Notes under the pieces: model-generated
Database searches by the model: none
What the model was told of the DNA's origin: nothing
The model's input: the letters and a program-made list of their open reading frames with translations, nothing else
Shown: positions 8,044 to 15,486 of the stretch, piece by piece
Numbering within the stretch: position 1 is the stretch's first letter
Layout of the letters: every line of letters starts with the position of its first letter
Virus record (IMG/VR): IMGVR_UViG_2740892028_000002
From: a virus
Lineage: Duplodnaviria; Heunggongvirae; Uroviricota; Caudoviricetes
Length of the DNA: 17,526 nucleotides
Direction: 5' to 3' (one strand)
Made by a program: the position numbers and the translations under genes

Positions 8044-9420
8044 TCATACGTCAGCCCCTTGTGCATATCGTCTGCCACGCGCAGCAGGTGCATTTGATGC
8101 TGTGCAAATCTGTCTGGCTTCATCCTGGTCACATGCAACAAAGTGTCCGTTACAGAACCGCTGGTAAACCGTACCAAGCGAGCCAAAACGGTTTTTCGTC
8201 ACAATGATTTCAGCAAATGGTGCGGCGCTACTGTTCTCGTCATATACTGCTTCCCGATAGAGCATGATGATTGAGTCTGCGTCCTGTTCAATGCTTCCTG
8301 AATCACGCAAATCTGCGTTTGTCGGGCGTTTGTTTGGTCGCTTCTCAACATCGCGCGAAAGCTGACTCAGGGAGATAACAGGCGTTTTCAGGTCTTTCGC
8401 CATCGCCTTAAGGCTTCCTGAGATGTGAGCAATTGCGAGGTCGTTGCGGTCTGCTTTCGGCTTCTCAATCAGGCCAAGATAATCCGCCATGATGAGTGAC
8501 AGGTTTGGATTTTCCTGTTTGTGCCGTTCTGCGATTGAGCGTATTTCTTCGACCGATAACCGCGAGGCATCGACTACCCATACATCCAAATCTGCAAGCT
8601 GACTCATGCCGTTAGCAACACGTGCCCAGCCCTCGTCATCCATCGATGCAGGATTTCGCAGCACGCTAACCGACATCCTCCCGGCGTTGGCAATACTTCG
8701 CTCTGCAATCTGCAATGCGCTCATTTCCATCGAGAAAATCAACACTCCGCGCCGGACGTCAGAACCAGGAATAACGCGACTTGCAACGCCTTCGGCAATC
8801 TTCAGCGCCAGTTCGGTTTTCCCCATACCAGGACGAGCAGCGATTATCACCAGGTCTTCCGCGTTCATCCCTCCGGTGATGGCATCAAGTTCTTCGATTC
8901 CGGTCTTCAGGGTATCTGACTCTTCTCCGTTCCTCAGACGCCTGTCAAGCGTGTCAGTGTAGTCAGTAATGATTTCCCCTAACCGTACAGGTTTAACCTC
9001 GTCACGGGGCTTTCTGATGGCTGAGAGCCGTTTTACAAGTTCATCCATCGCCTGACTTGATGCGTCGATGGTTCCGCTCTGAATTGGTTCACGCATTTCA
9101 TCCATGATTTCCAGCACCAGACGGCGGTGATAGTTATCCGCGACCATTCCGGCATATCCCTTCAGGTTTGCGGCACTCGGGCAGTTTTTGCTGGTCATCA
9201 GGATTGACGTGAAATGCTCCTCTCCGCACGCCTCGGCAACCATCAGCGCGTCGATTAGGTTTCTGTTTCGCGCCTGTTTGCGGATAACCTCGAAGGCTTT
9301 CCGGTAGAGCGGAATTGAAAACGCTTCCGGCTCAAGCGTTGCCAGAACGTCACTGGCAGTTGGTGTTAATCCACCAATCAGCAGGCCACCGATAACGCTC
9401 GCTTCGATATCCTGTCTCAT
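8044..9420 (-). CDS. replicative DNA helicase, DnaB family (P22 gene 12-like)
   Basis: 458-aa ORF; Walker [16 protein letters not shown], DnaB-like N-terminal domain and C-terminal RecA-fold motifs; ATGA overlap with O-like gene. Confidence 0.9.
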   Translation of the reverse strand: MRQDIEASVIGGLLIGGLTPTASDVLATLEPEAFSIPLYRKAFEVIRKQARNRNLIDALMVAEACGEEHFTSILMTSKNCPSAANLKGYAGMVADNYHRRLVLEIMDEMREPIQSGTIDASSQAMDELVKRLSAIRKPRDEVKPVRLGEIITDYTDTLDRRLRNGEESDTLKTGIEELDAITGGMNAEDLVIIAARPGMGKTELALKIAEGVASRVIPGSDVRRGVLIFSMEMSALQIAERSIANAGRMSVSVLRNPASMDDEGWARVANGMSQLADLDVWVVDASRLSVEEIRSIAERHKQENPNLSLIMADYLGLIEKPKADRNDLAIAHISGSLKAMAKDLKTPVISLSQLSRDVEKRPNKRPTNADLRDSGSIEQDADSIIMLYREAVYDENSSAAPFAEIIVTKNRFGSLGTVYQRFCNGHFVACDQDEARQICTASNAPAARGRRYAQGADV

Positions 9421-10364
9421 GCAATCCCCCTGTCTGCAAACTTCCCTTCCCGTACTCCCGTTAACGAATCTTCCCTCAGCAGGTAATCAAAATCTGCCGT
9501 CCAGCCCGTGTCGTTGTCTCCGAAGTAAAACGGCTTGGCCTGATGCACAAACGCCCTGACATACGCTCTGAAACCGTCCACGTTTGGCGTTTTCAGTTGC
9601 GGAATGATTTTCTTCAGGCGACGTTTGCGTTTCTCGTTGACCGCAACAGCGTGTGGCAGTCTGTCACCGACTTCGGTGTTGTAGGCATTCAGGAAGGATT
9701 CATAGTCGATTCGTTCTGCCTTGCGACGTTCAGGTTTAACCTGCCCATCGCCTCCCCCATTGGGGGGTAGGGGGGTATTATTTATATTCTTGTTAATACC
9801 TTCTTGTTCATGATGTGCGGTTGTTTGTGCGGCTTCATGTGCGCTTTCATGTGCGGCATGTACGCTGAAAGCCGCGCCATTACTGGCTTCGTCATGTGCG
9901 GCGTCATGTGCGGTTGTTTGTGCGGCTTCATGTGCGGGTGAATTGTCCATTTTTTGAGCATATTCATGGTAATTTGTGATGGTGATCACACGACCTTTTT
10001 GCTTCTCTCCATCAATGGTGATCATCCCCTCTTTCACAAAAACCTGAAGCATCCGCTCAACCTGATCACGGCTTGCCGGCTTGCCATGCCTGTCGCATAA
10101 CTGAAGACCTAAATCAGCTGCTGTCACAACCAGTTGACCGGGTTGCAGATGCCATTCATGACCTTTGAAATTCGCTTTGTATGGCTTTCTGGCGGCATTC
10201 AGGAGAAGGTTTTCCCACAGGGTGCGAAGATAAACATCTTTCGCCCATGACTGTTTCAGAATGCTCCGGTACAACGGAATGTAACCAGTTTTCTGGTTCT
10301 CCATCCTGTTGCTCCTGCGCTCGTGTGCGGCGCTGAAATCGTAGATTTTTGCTGTATTGCTCAT
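9417..10364 (-). CDS. replication initiator, lambda O / P22 gene 18-like
   Basis: 315-aa ORF; N-terminal replisome-organiser-like domain; central repeat segment encoded by the iterons; glycine-rich linker; directly upstream of helicase. Confidence 0.75.
   Translation of the reverse strand: MSNTAKIYDFSAAHERRSNRMENQKTGYIPLYRSILKQSWAKDVYLRTLWENLLLNAARKPYKANFKGHEWHLQPGQLVVTAADLGLQLCDRHGKPASRDQVERMLQVFVKEGMITIDGEKQKGRVITITNYHEYAQKMDNSPAHEAAQTTAHDAAHDEASNGAAFSVHAAHESAHEAAQTTAHHEQEGINKNINNTPLPPNGGGDGQVKPERRKAERIDYESFLNAYNTEVGDRLPHAVAVNEKRKRRLKKIIPQLKTPNVDGFRAYVRAFVHQAKPFYFGDNDTGWTADFDYLLREDSLTGVREGKFADRGIA
9775..9937. repeat. origin of replication: two arrays of four 12-bp iterons plus adjacent AT-rich segment, inside the O-like gene
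   Basis: TGTGCGG cores at 9814, 9826, 9838 (TGTGCGC variant), 9850 and 9895, 9907, 9919, 9931 (exact 12-bp phasing); AT-rich TATTATTTATATTCTTGTTAATA at about 9775..9800. Confidence 0.65.
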
Positions 10365-10366
10365 AA

Positions 10367-10639
10367 CTACCTGCCTTGACGAAAGACCTTAAGAACATCG
10401 TTAAACTGACTTACGGATATGTCTTCTTTGAGAAGCTTTTCCAGAAATGCGTTTGGAATGAACGTATATCCCTCCTCTTTTGGTAGAGACGGGAGCAACG
10501 CCCTCGCCTCAGCCTTCAGAAGCTCAGTTCTGGCAACTTTCACAAAAGAGATTTGAGTTCTTTCATCAATGGAACGAAGGAAGCGCAAACGCTTAGCTTC
10601 TTTGTGTGTATCAGGTGGATTAAAGCCTTTGTTTCGCAT
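10367..10639 (-). CDS. hypothetical protein between cII and replication genes
   Basis: 90-aa ORF; GAGGT 7 nt upstream of ATG; stop 2 nt before the O-like start. Confidence 0.5.
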   Translation of the reverse strand: MRNKGFNPPDTHKEAKRLRFLRSIDERTQISFVKVARTELLKAEARALLPSLPKEEGYTFIPNAFLEKLLKEDISVSQFNDVLKVFRQGR

Positions 10640-10661
10640 ATAATTACCTCGTTAGATGTTG

Positions 10662-10961
10662 TTAAAATTCCATTTGTATTTGATCAGAACGCTCGGTCTT
10701 GCACACCGGGCGTTTTTTATTGGTGAGTCCATCAAGCGCATACTTAAAAGCCCTGCCAATCGGACTGATGTCTGATGCCATTCCGAAAGCACACAGAACC
10801 GAAGCAATAAATCTCCAGTCCGTTCTGCTTATCTTCGATTCATGACAGCCAATCATCTTTGCCAGACCGCGCTGGGTAAGCGTTGACAGGTTGATAAGTA
10901 AATCTGTTTCTGCGCGATCAACGTCGCGCTGTGATAGTTTGCTGTAACTTGTTTGTTCCAT
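10662..10961 (-). CDS. cII: CII-like transcriptional activator
   Basis: C-terminal ...LTNKKRPVCKTERSDQIQMEF matches the lambda CII C-terminus (LTNKKRP...TERSEQIQMEF); position downstream of cro and nutR. Confidence 0.8.
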   Translation of the reverse strand: MEQTSYSKLSQRDVDRAETDLLINLSTLTQRGLAKMIGCHESKISRTDWRFIASVLCAFGMASDISPIGRAFKYALDGLTNKKRPVCKTERSDQIQMEF

Positions 10962-10995
10962 TTCTTACTATTTCCATAGGTAAATAATCACTAAT

Positions 10996-11013
10996 ACTCA
11001 TTTTTCGATGAGT
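10996..11013 (-). promoter_or_regulatory. hairpin between nutR and cII (tR1-position)
   Basis: Minus-strand ACUCAU-CGAAAA-AUGAGU stem-loop followed by a U-rich but interrupted tract; weak as an intrinsic terminator. Confidence 0.3.
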
Positions 11014-11025
11014 GATTAATTAGTT

Positions 11026-11060
11026 ACCGCGTTGTCGGCGGTGCAGATTGATAAAGAGCG
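11026..11060 (-). promoter_or_regulatory. nutR: boxA and boxB
   Basis: Minus strand CGCTCTTTA (boxA, 11052..11060) then ACCGCCGACAACGCGGT (boxB hairpin with GACAA loop, 11026..11042), just downstream of cro stop. Confidence 0.65.
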
Positions 11061-11067
11061 GTGTTAC

Positions 11068-11295
11068 TTATGCAGCCAGAAGGTTCTTTTTGCTTATTTC
11101 AAGCATTTCTCTTGCTTGATATTTGCCACCAGAAATCTCTTCGATTTTTGATGCGTATTTAGTTTTCCCAAAAAACTCAGTCTTAGGGAGGAAGCCGTTT
11201 TTGAGCCACTTATAGACAGCCCTTTCGCTAACTCCACAAGCCTTCGCAACTTCAGGGATGCCGACACCTTTAATCGGCTCATCAAGATTTTGCAT
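11068..11295 (-). CDS. cro: Cro-like repressor
   Basis: HTH IPEVAKACGVSERAVYKWLKNG; divergent from cI; start taken at Met12 (AAGGA 8 nt upstream), since the track start at 11328 lies inside the operator region. Confidence 0.7.
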   Translation of the reverse strand: MQNLDEPIKGVGIPEVAKACGVSERAVYKWLKNGFLPKTEFFGKTKYASKIEEISGGKYQAREMLEISKKNLLAA

Positions 11296-11373
11296 AGGAA
11301 TATCCTTTTTCGTACTTTCAGTACGCATTATGATTGAACTGAAAGTTTTTGCAAGTGCTTTAGTATCGTACTC
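11296..11373. promoter_or_regulatory. OR region with divergent pR and pRM and operator palindromes
   Basis: Palindromic elements TACTTTCAGTA (11313..11323) and AACTGAAAGTT (11337..11347) plus CGTACT at 11367; pR on minus strand TTGCAA-16nt-CATAAT; pRM -10 TAGTAT ends 7 nt before cI ATG. Confidence 0.55.
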
Positions 11374-12081
11374 ATGGTTCAGAATGAAAAAGTGCGCAAA
11401 GAATTCGCCCAGCGGCTAGCGCAAGCCTGTAAAGAAGCTGGTCTTGATGAACATGGTAGGGGGATGGCCATAGCCCGTGCCCTTTCTCTTTCGTCCAAAG
11501 GCGTTAGCAAATGGTTTAATGCTGAGTCTTTACCGCGTCAGGAAAAAATGAATGCGCTTGCGAAATTTCTAAACGTTGATGTTGTTTGGCTTCAGCACGG
11601 CACTTCGTTAAATGGAGCGAATGATGAAGATACTCTTTCATTTGTTGGCAAATTAAAAAAAGGGTTAGTGCGCGTGGTTGGTGAGGCAATTCTTGGTGTT
11701 GATGGTGCCATCGAGATGACCGAAGAGCGCGATGGGTGGCTCAAAATTTATAGCGATGATCCTGATGCCTTTGGTCTTCGTGTGAAAGGAGACAGCATGT
11801 GGCCCAGAATAAAATCAGGAGAATATGTACTCATTGAGCCTAACACCAAAGTATTCCCGGGTGATGAGGTGTTTGTCAGAACCATCGAAGGACACAACAT
11901 GATCAAGATTCTTGGCTATGACAGAGATGGAGAATACCAATTTACAAGCATCAACCAGGACCACAGACCAATAACGTTGCCTTATCATCAAGTAGCAAAG
12001 GTGGAGTATGTGGCTGGTATTCTGAAGCAATCTCGCCATCTGGATGACATCGAGGCAAGGGAGTGGCTGAGAAATTATTAA
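11374..12081 (+). CDS. cI: CI repressor, HTH plus S24 LexA-like autopeptidase domain
   Basis: 235-aa ORF; N-terminal HTH, C-terminal GDSM (catalytic Ser) motif; no SD and -10 immediately upstream, consistent with leaderless translation. Confidence 0.9.
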   Translation: MVQNEKVRKEFAQRLAQACKEAGLDEHGRGMAIARALSLSSKGVSKWFNAESLPRQEKMNALAKFLNVDVVWLQHGTSLNGANDEDTLSFVGKLKKGLVRVVGEAILGVDGAIEMTEERDGWLKIYSDDPDAFGLRVKGDSMWPRIKSGEYVLIEPNTKVFPGDEVFVRTIEGHNMIKILGYDRDGEYQFTSINQDHRPITLPYHQVAKVEYVAGILKQSRHLDDIEAREWLRNY

Positions 12082-12205
12082 TACCAATAGCATAGAGACG
12101 AAAATGCGACAGGTTTTAGGTACAAATCATAACCCTATCCACAAACAACGTTGTAAATATACACATAAGACTATTGTAAAAAAAGCTCTATCCCAGTAAA
12201 TGCGG

Positions 12206-12234
12206 TTGCAAAATGGGTTGATCGAGCATATATA
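12206..12234 (+). promoter_or_regulatory. candidate sigma70 promoter for cI-downstream cassette
   Basis: TTGCAA (12206..12211), 17-bp spacer, TATATA (12229..12234); caveat: AAGGAG SD of the downstream GTG overlaps the -10. Confidence 0.35.
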
Positions 12235-12247
12235 AGGAGTATAGTTA

Positions 12248-12610
12248 GTGACCCAAGATGAAACGAATGAATATCTGAAAACCTTAGCATTGGTTCCAAG
12301 TGCAGAGGCCTCCGCAGAGGAGAAGCAGATATATAGCGTCAAAAAGGCTGTAATCGGTCTGATTGAATTTGTTACAACCAGTCTTGAAGAGCTTGGAATT
12401 GAAGGGTTGCATGAGTTAACAAACCCATCTCTTGACGAATTAGATGCAGAGCTAGAGAAACTTGACCAAAAAGCTGATGCAATCAATGAACTAAACTTAA
12501 AGCAAATCATCATATTTGCACAGATTTTAATCAAAAACATAAGAGAAAAGAATCCTGATTTGTGCTCTGAGGGATCAAAACTACTCAAGAGTGCTAAATC
12601 GGGTCTTTGA
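12248..12610 (+). CDS. hypothetical acidic protein in rexAB-equivalent position
   Basis: 120-aa ORF, GTG start with AAGGAG 8 nt upstream; visibly AT-rich relative to flanks; predicted helical and acidic. Confidence 0.5.
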   Translation: MTQDETNEYLKTLALVPSAEASAEEKQIYSVKKAVIGLIEFVTTSLEELGIEGLHELTNPSLDELDAELEKLDQKADAINELNLKQIIIFAQILIKNIREKNPDLCSEGSKLLKSAKSGL

Positions 12611-12633
12611 CACTTACAGAGCGGAGGATAAAC

Positions 12634-12756
12634 ATGTCTAGAACTGAACATATCAAAGATATGCTTAAAAGTGCGGATCGAATCAATCAGATTATTGCTG
12701 AAATGAAGCAGAGAAAAGCAGAAATGCTAGCATCAAAGCTTCCAATGGCAGCATAA
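12634..12756 (+). CDS. 40-aa small basic protein
   Basis: MSRTEHIKDMLKSADRINQIIAEMKQRKAEMLASKLPMAA; GGAGG 7 nt upstream of ATG; terminator immediately downstream; below the ORF-track cutoff. Confidence 0.4.
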   Translation: MSRTEHIKDMLKSADRINQIIAEMKQRKAEMLASKLPMAA

Positions 12757-12763
12757 CCAAAAA

Positions 12764-12787
12764 CACCCGCTTCGGCGGGTTTTCTTA
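12764..12787 (+). terminator. intrinsic terminator ending the cI-side cassette
   Basis: ACCCGC-TTCG-GCGGGT perfect 6-bp stem with tetraloop followed by TTTCTT. Confidence 0.7.
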
Positions 12788-13048
12788 TTCCCCTAAAAAG
12801 ATCAAACAACTCCACATTAGCTTTTTTGTGTCCACAGTTTTCTACCTAGCAGTTTTCTTTGCCTCACGATTCCCCCACCTAAAAACACATAACCAATTGT
12901 ATTTATTGAAAAATTGATAGATACAACTTGCTAAACCACGAAATTCTGATCCCTGCCGCATAACCTTCATCCGCAACATTTACAAAAATAAATTTCCTTA
13001 TATATCAAAATCATATTTCGTAGAGTTAATAAACCACAAAATTTTCGT

Positions 13049-13088
13049 ACCAATAGTTCTTGATAATATCGAACTATTGGTTCATTAT
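13049..13088 (+). promoter_or_regulatory. candidate OL/pL: 11-bp inverted repeat overlapping a promoter-like element
   Basis: ACCAATAGTTC (13049..13059) and GAACTATTGGT (13071..13081), perfect inverted repeats; TTGATA (13060..13065), 17 nt, CATTAT (13083..13088) on plus strand toward N. Confidence 0.4.
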
Positions 13089-13134
13089 TATCGCCATCAG
13101 CAGGACGCTGGTAGCCAAACGGAACAGATTGGCA

Positions 13135-13169
13135 TGCTCTTTAACTTCGATGGGGCGCTGACAAAGCGC
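13135..13169 (+). promoter_or_regulatory. nutL: boxA and boxB
   Basis: TGCTCTTTAAC (boxA, 13135..13145) then GCGC-TGACAAA-GCGC hairpin (boxB, 13155..13169), about 120 nt upstream of N. Confidence 0.65.
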
Positions 13170-13288
13170 AAACAGATACCAAACGAGATGGGTTTGGCGG
13201 TGATGTGAATTGCAGCTGCAACGACAGCAACCAGAAGATCAGCACCTGGCGCATCACCACCAAAGCCATTTCACATGAGGAAAACATC

Positions 13289-13597
13289 ATGACGGTAATC
13301 GTGTACGGAAAATCAACATTTGCAGGAAATGCCAAAACTCGCCGTCATGAGCGGCGCAGAAAGCTGGCTATCGAGCGTGATTCCATCTGCAACATCATCG
13401 ATTCGATCTTCGGCACAGACAGTGAGGAAGCTGTTCAGGAAGAACCGAGAAAGCGTTTAAGTCTTTCTGAAAAAGCAATATCACTCGGCATCATCAGTAA
13501 ATCAAATACAGATGCGAATGGCGGAAGCGTTTGTTTGCCTGAAGTTGCACTGTATGCTGCTGGTTACAGGTCAATGAAATCAATTACGGCGAGATAG
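13289..13597 (+). CDS. N: N-type antitermination protein (P22 gene 24-like)
   Basis: Arginine-rich motif GNAKTRRHERRRKLAIER near N-terminus; start taken at MTVIVYGK (GAGG upstream), since the track ORF start at 13205 is an in-frame 5' extension. Confidence 0.8.
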   Translation: MTVIVYGKSTFAGNAKTRRHERRRKLAIERDSICNIIDSIFGTDSEEAVQEEPRKRLSLSEKAISLGIISKSNTDANGGSVCLPEVALYAAGYRSMKSITAR

Positions 13598-13599
13598 AA

Positions 13600-13866
13600 A
13601 TGACTAGCAAACAAGTATCATATAAATGCTATTGCCCTTTATGTGGAAGAAAATTCAGCGCCAAGGCAGCATGGAAGCATATCAATGATTATCATCCAAA
13701 AGCATCAGAACGTGAGTTGATGATGATAAGAGATGTAAAACGAGAAAAAATTTCTTTCGCAACAAAGCCACTAAACGCCAACAAAAACGCAATATTGTAT
13801 CAAATGCATCGTTCAAGTGGTCCAGATTATTCTGGAGGGCTTCCATCTCTTGGAAAGAAAAAATAA
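13600..13866 (+). CDS. hypothetical zinc-ribbon-like protein
   Basis: 88-aa ORF; CPLCGRKFS...HINDYH resembles a C2H2-type metal site; start 2 nt after N stop. Confidence 0.5.
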   Translation: MTSKQVSYKCYCPLCGRKFSAKAAWKHINDYHPKASERELMMIRDVKREKISFATKPLNANKNAILYQMHRSSGPDYSGGLPSLGKKK

Positions 13867-13999
13867 CCACGCTCATGCTGGTTTTTAATGACATAAATAA
13901 CCCTATTTACTACCGCAAGCCACGCAGTGAAATGGGTGTGACTTGTGTTGGTCGCCAGAAAATGAAATTAGGCAGCAAACCACTTATTTGAGGTGAGAT

Positions 14000-14086
14000 A
14001 TGGAAGAAGAATTTGAAGAGTTCGAAGAGCATCCTCAGGATGTGATGGAACAATACCAGGACTATCCGTATGACTACGACTATTGA
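14000..14086 (+). CDS. possible 28-aa highly acidic peptide
   Basis: MEEEFEEFEEHPQDVMEQYQDYPYDYDY; GAGGTGA SD just upstream; overlaps the start of the next ORF out of frame. Confidence 0.3.
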   Translation: MEEEFEEFEEHPQDVMEQYQDYPYDYDY

Positions 14087-14270
14087 TACAAATCAATGGT
14101 GTGGACAATTCAAGCGATGTAATGGATGCAAGCTGCAATCGGAATGCATGGTTAAGCCTGAAGAAATGTTTCCTGTAATGGAGGATGGGAAATATGTCGA
14201 TAAATGGGCAGTACGAACGACGGCAATGATTGCCAGAGAACTTGGTAAACAGAATAACAAGGCTGCCTGA
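14070..14270 (+). CDS. hypothetical small Cys-containing protein
   Basis: 66-aa ORF with CGQFKRCNGCKLQSEC; weak SD; terminator overlaps its stop. Confidence 0.4.
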   Translation: MTTTIDTNQWCGQFKRCNGCKLQSECMVKPEEMFPVMEDGKYVDKWAVRTTAMIARELGKQNNKAA

Positions 14271-14287
14271 TGGTGGCCTTTATTTTT
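14259..14287 (+). terminator. intrinsic terminator within pL operon
   Basis: AAGGCTGCC-TGAT-GGTGGCCTT (9-bp stem with two G-U) followed by TATTTTT. Confidence 0.55.
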
Positions 14288-14309
14288 GGCATAAACAACA
14301 GAGGCTAAC

Positions 14310-14606
14310 ATGGAATTTAAAGGTACTGAAGGTAAGTGGGAAATAATGATGGACGGCGATGAGATTAAAATCATCCAGGCAGACTCTCTTGAAAATGGCA
14401 CAGGCTGGCGTTCGTATATTGCAATCTGTGAGGAAGTTCAATGCATTGAAGATGCCAATCTAATAGCGGCAGCGCCTGACCTTCTCGAAGCACTTCAGTT
14501 ATTACTTAAGCAAACCAAAAATAGAACAACGACAACATATCCAGAATGGTATGGAGCTGTTAATAAAGGTATCGCAGCAATCAGAAAAGCTCTTGGGGAT
14601 AAGTAA
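14310..14606 (+). CDS. hypothetical protein
   Basis: 98-aa ORF with GAGG upstream of ATG. Confidence 0.5.
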   Translation: MEFKGTEGKWEIMMDGDEIKIIQADSLENGTGWRSYIAICEEVQCIEDANLIAAAPDLLEALQLLLKQTKNRTTTTYPEWYGAVNKGIAAIRKALGDK

Positions 14607-14794
14607 TGAAAGTAAAAATAACTGCTTCTAATACCAGTTTTGTTAGTGTTGGTGATATTACAGAAGTAATAACAAACCATGATGGAACACAAGTTATGTG
14701 GTCTGATTTTTGTAAAAGATATGAGCGAGTCACTTGGTGTAAACTCGTATGGGGAGTCGAATACGAAGAATTACCTGAAATGCATGACGAATAA
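14606..14794 (+). CDS. hypothetical protein
   Basis: 62-aa ORF; start overlaps the stop of the upstream gene (TAATG). Confidence 0.45.
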   Translation: MKVKITASNTSFVSVGDITEVITNHDGTQVMWSDFCKRYERVTWCKLVWGVEYEELPEMHDE

Positions 14795-14889
14795 GCACTG
14801 TGTATTCATTCCAACGAGTGAATACACGGAGCAATGTCGCTCGTAACTAAACAGGAGCCGACTTGTTCTGATTATTGGAAATCTTCTTT

Positions 14890-14916
14890 GCCCTCCAGTG
14901 TGAGGGCGATTTTTTT
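14890..14916 (+). terminator. intrinsic terminator within pL operon
   Basis: GCCCTC-CAGTGT-GAGGGC perfect 6-bp stem followed by G-A-TTTTTTT; 12 nt upstream of the next gene start. Confidence 0.6.
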
Positions 14917-14928
14917 GACGGAGGAAAT

Positions 14929-15240
14929 ATGAAATTACGTGTCTGGCATATCCCGCAAGTACCTATGAAACCGTTCATTGTAGAAGTGGCAAGTGTTGAA
15001 GAGGGTGTTCGCCTGATGGATGCACTGGCTGATTATGACGCCTTTCAGTATGACAACAACATCAAGCCTGACTACTGCAATGCTAACGGCCTTGAGATGT
15101 GGGATGAGAGTCTTACCGATGAAGATTTATCAGAGATGGGGCTTACGGATCGCTGGGTGGATTGGTACAGCGAATGCCAATGTTACGACGACCCACGTAA
15201 ATATCTCGAAAGCCTGAAAGAAGAAACATCAGCCGCCTAA
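14929..15240 (+). CDS. hypothetical acidic protein
   Basis: Start chosen at MKLRVWHIPQV (GGAGG 5 nt upstream); the track start at 14875 would place a terminator inside the CDS. Confidence 0.5.
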   Translation: MKLRVWHIPQVPMKPFIVEVASVEEGVRLMDALADYDAFQYDNNIKPDYCNANGLEMWDESLTDEDLSEMGLTDRWVDWYSECQCYDDPRKYLESLKEETSAA

Positions 15241-15263
15241 GCGCGGCTTTACCGCATACCAAT

Positions 15264-15287
15264 AACGCTTCACTCGAGGCGTTTTCG
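15264..15287 (+). terminator. possible intrinsic terminator upstream of cIII
   Basis: AACGCTTC-ACTC-GAGGCGTT stem (8 bp, one G-U) followed by a short T-run. Confidence 0.35.
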
Positions 15288-15315
15288 TTATGCAATCAAA
15301 CAGAAGGAGCATCCT

Positions 15316-15486
15316 ATGCAACAGTTCGCTATTGCAGGGGCGGCATCGGTTCGCCCTTTCAACCCGATTTTATCGGTACAGCATTCACGAAAAAATATTT
15401 TAACCGGAGCAGACTTTAAACAACCAAGAATGAAAAGTTTGCTCGAAAAGCTTTGGGATATTTTGAAACAACAAGGCCGCCCATGA
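15316..15486 (+). CDS. cIII: CIII-like small protein
   Basis: 56-aa ORF not in the track: MQQFAIAGAASVRPFNPILSVQHSRKNILTGADFKQPRMKSLLEKLWDILKQQGRP; AGGAG 7 nt upstream; N-terminal MQ-FAIAG as in lambda CIII; correct operon position. Confidence 0.5.
   Translation: MQQFAIAGAASVRPFNPILSVQHSRKNILTGADFKQPRMKSLLEKLWDILKQQGRP

Noticed and set aside
8606-8962. 118-aa plus-strand ORF inside the helicase gene
   Set aside because: Antisense to a well-supported DnaB-like CDS; Ser/Pro/Ala-rich translation and no start signals.
9762-9787. G/C-run near-palindrome CCCCCATTGGGGGGTAGGGGGG next to the origin
   Set aside because: Not a true palindrome (ATT vs AAT centre); it encodes the glycine/proline linker ([11 protein letters not shown]) of the initiator, so coding constraint explains it.
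9543-9967. Track ORFs 9543..9770 (+) and 9782..9967 (-) within the O-like gene
   Set aside because: 9782..9967 is an alternative frame through the iteron repeats (repetitive PHMKPH translation); 9543..9770 is antisense to the initiator. Both are explained by the initiator CDS plus the origin.
12127-12651. 174-aa minus-strand ORF antisense to the cI-downstream cassette
   Set aside because: Ser/Phe-rich low-complexity translation typical of an antisense reading of an AT-rich gene; the plus-strand ORF has an SD and terminator, this one has neither.
13205-13288. N-terminal extension of the N ORF (MNCSCNDSNQ...)
   Set aside because: The P22-like N sequence starts at MTVIVYGK with its own SD; the extension would bring translation close to the nutL site and is more likely untranslated leader.
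13867-13999. Possible terminator after the zinc-ribbon gene (..GCTCATGCTGGTTTTT)
   Set aside because: No convincing stem can be drawn in front of the T-run, so I did not call it.
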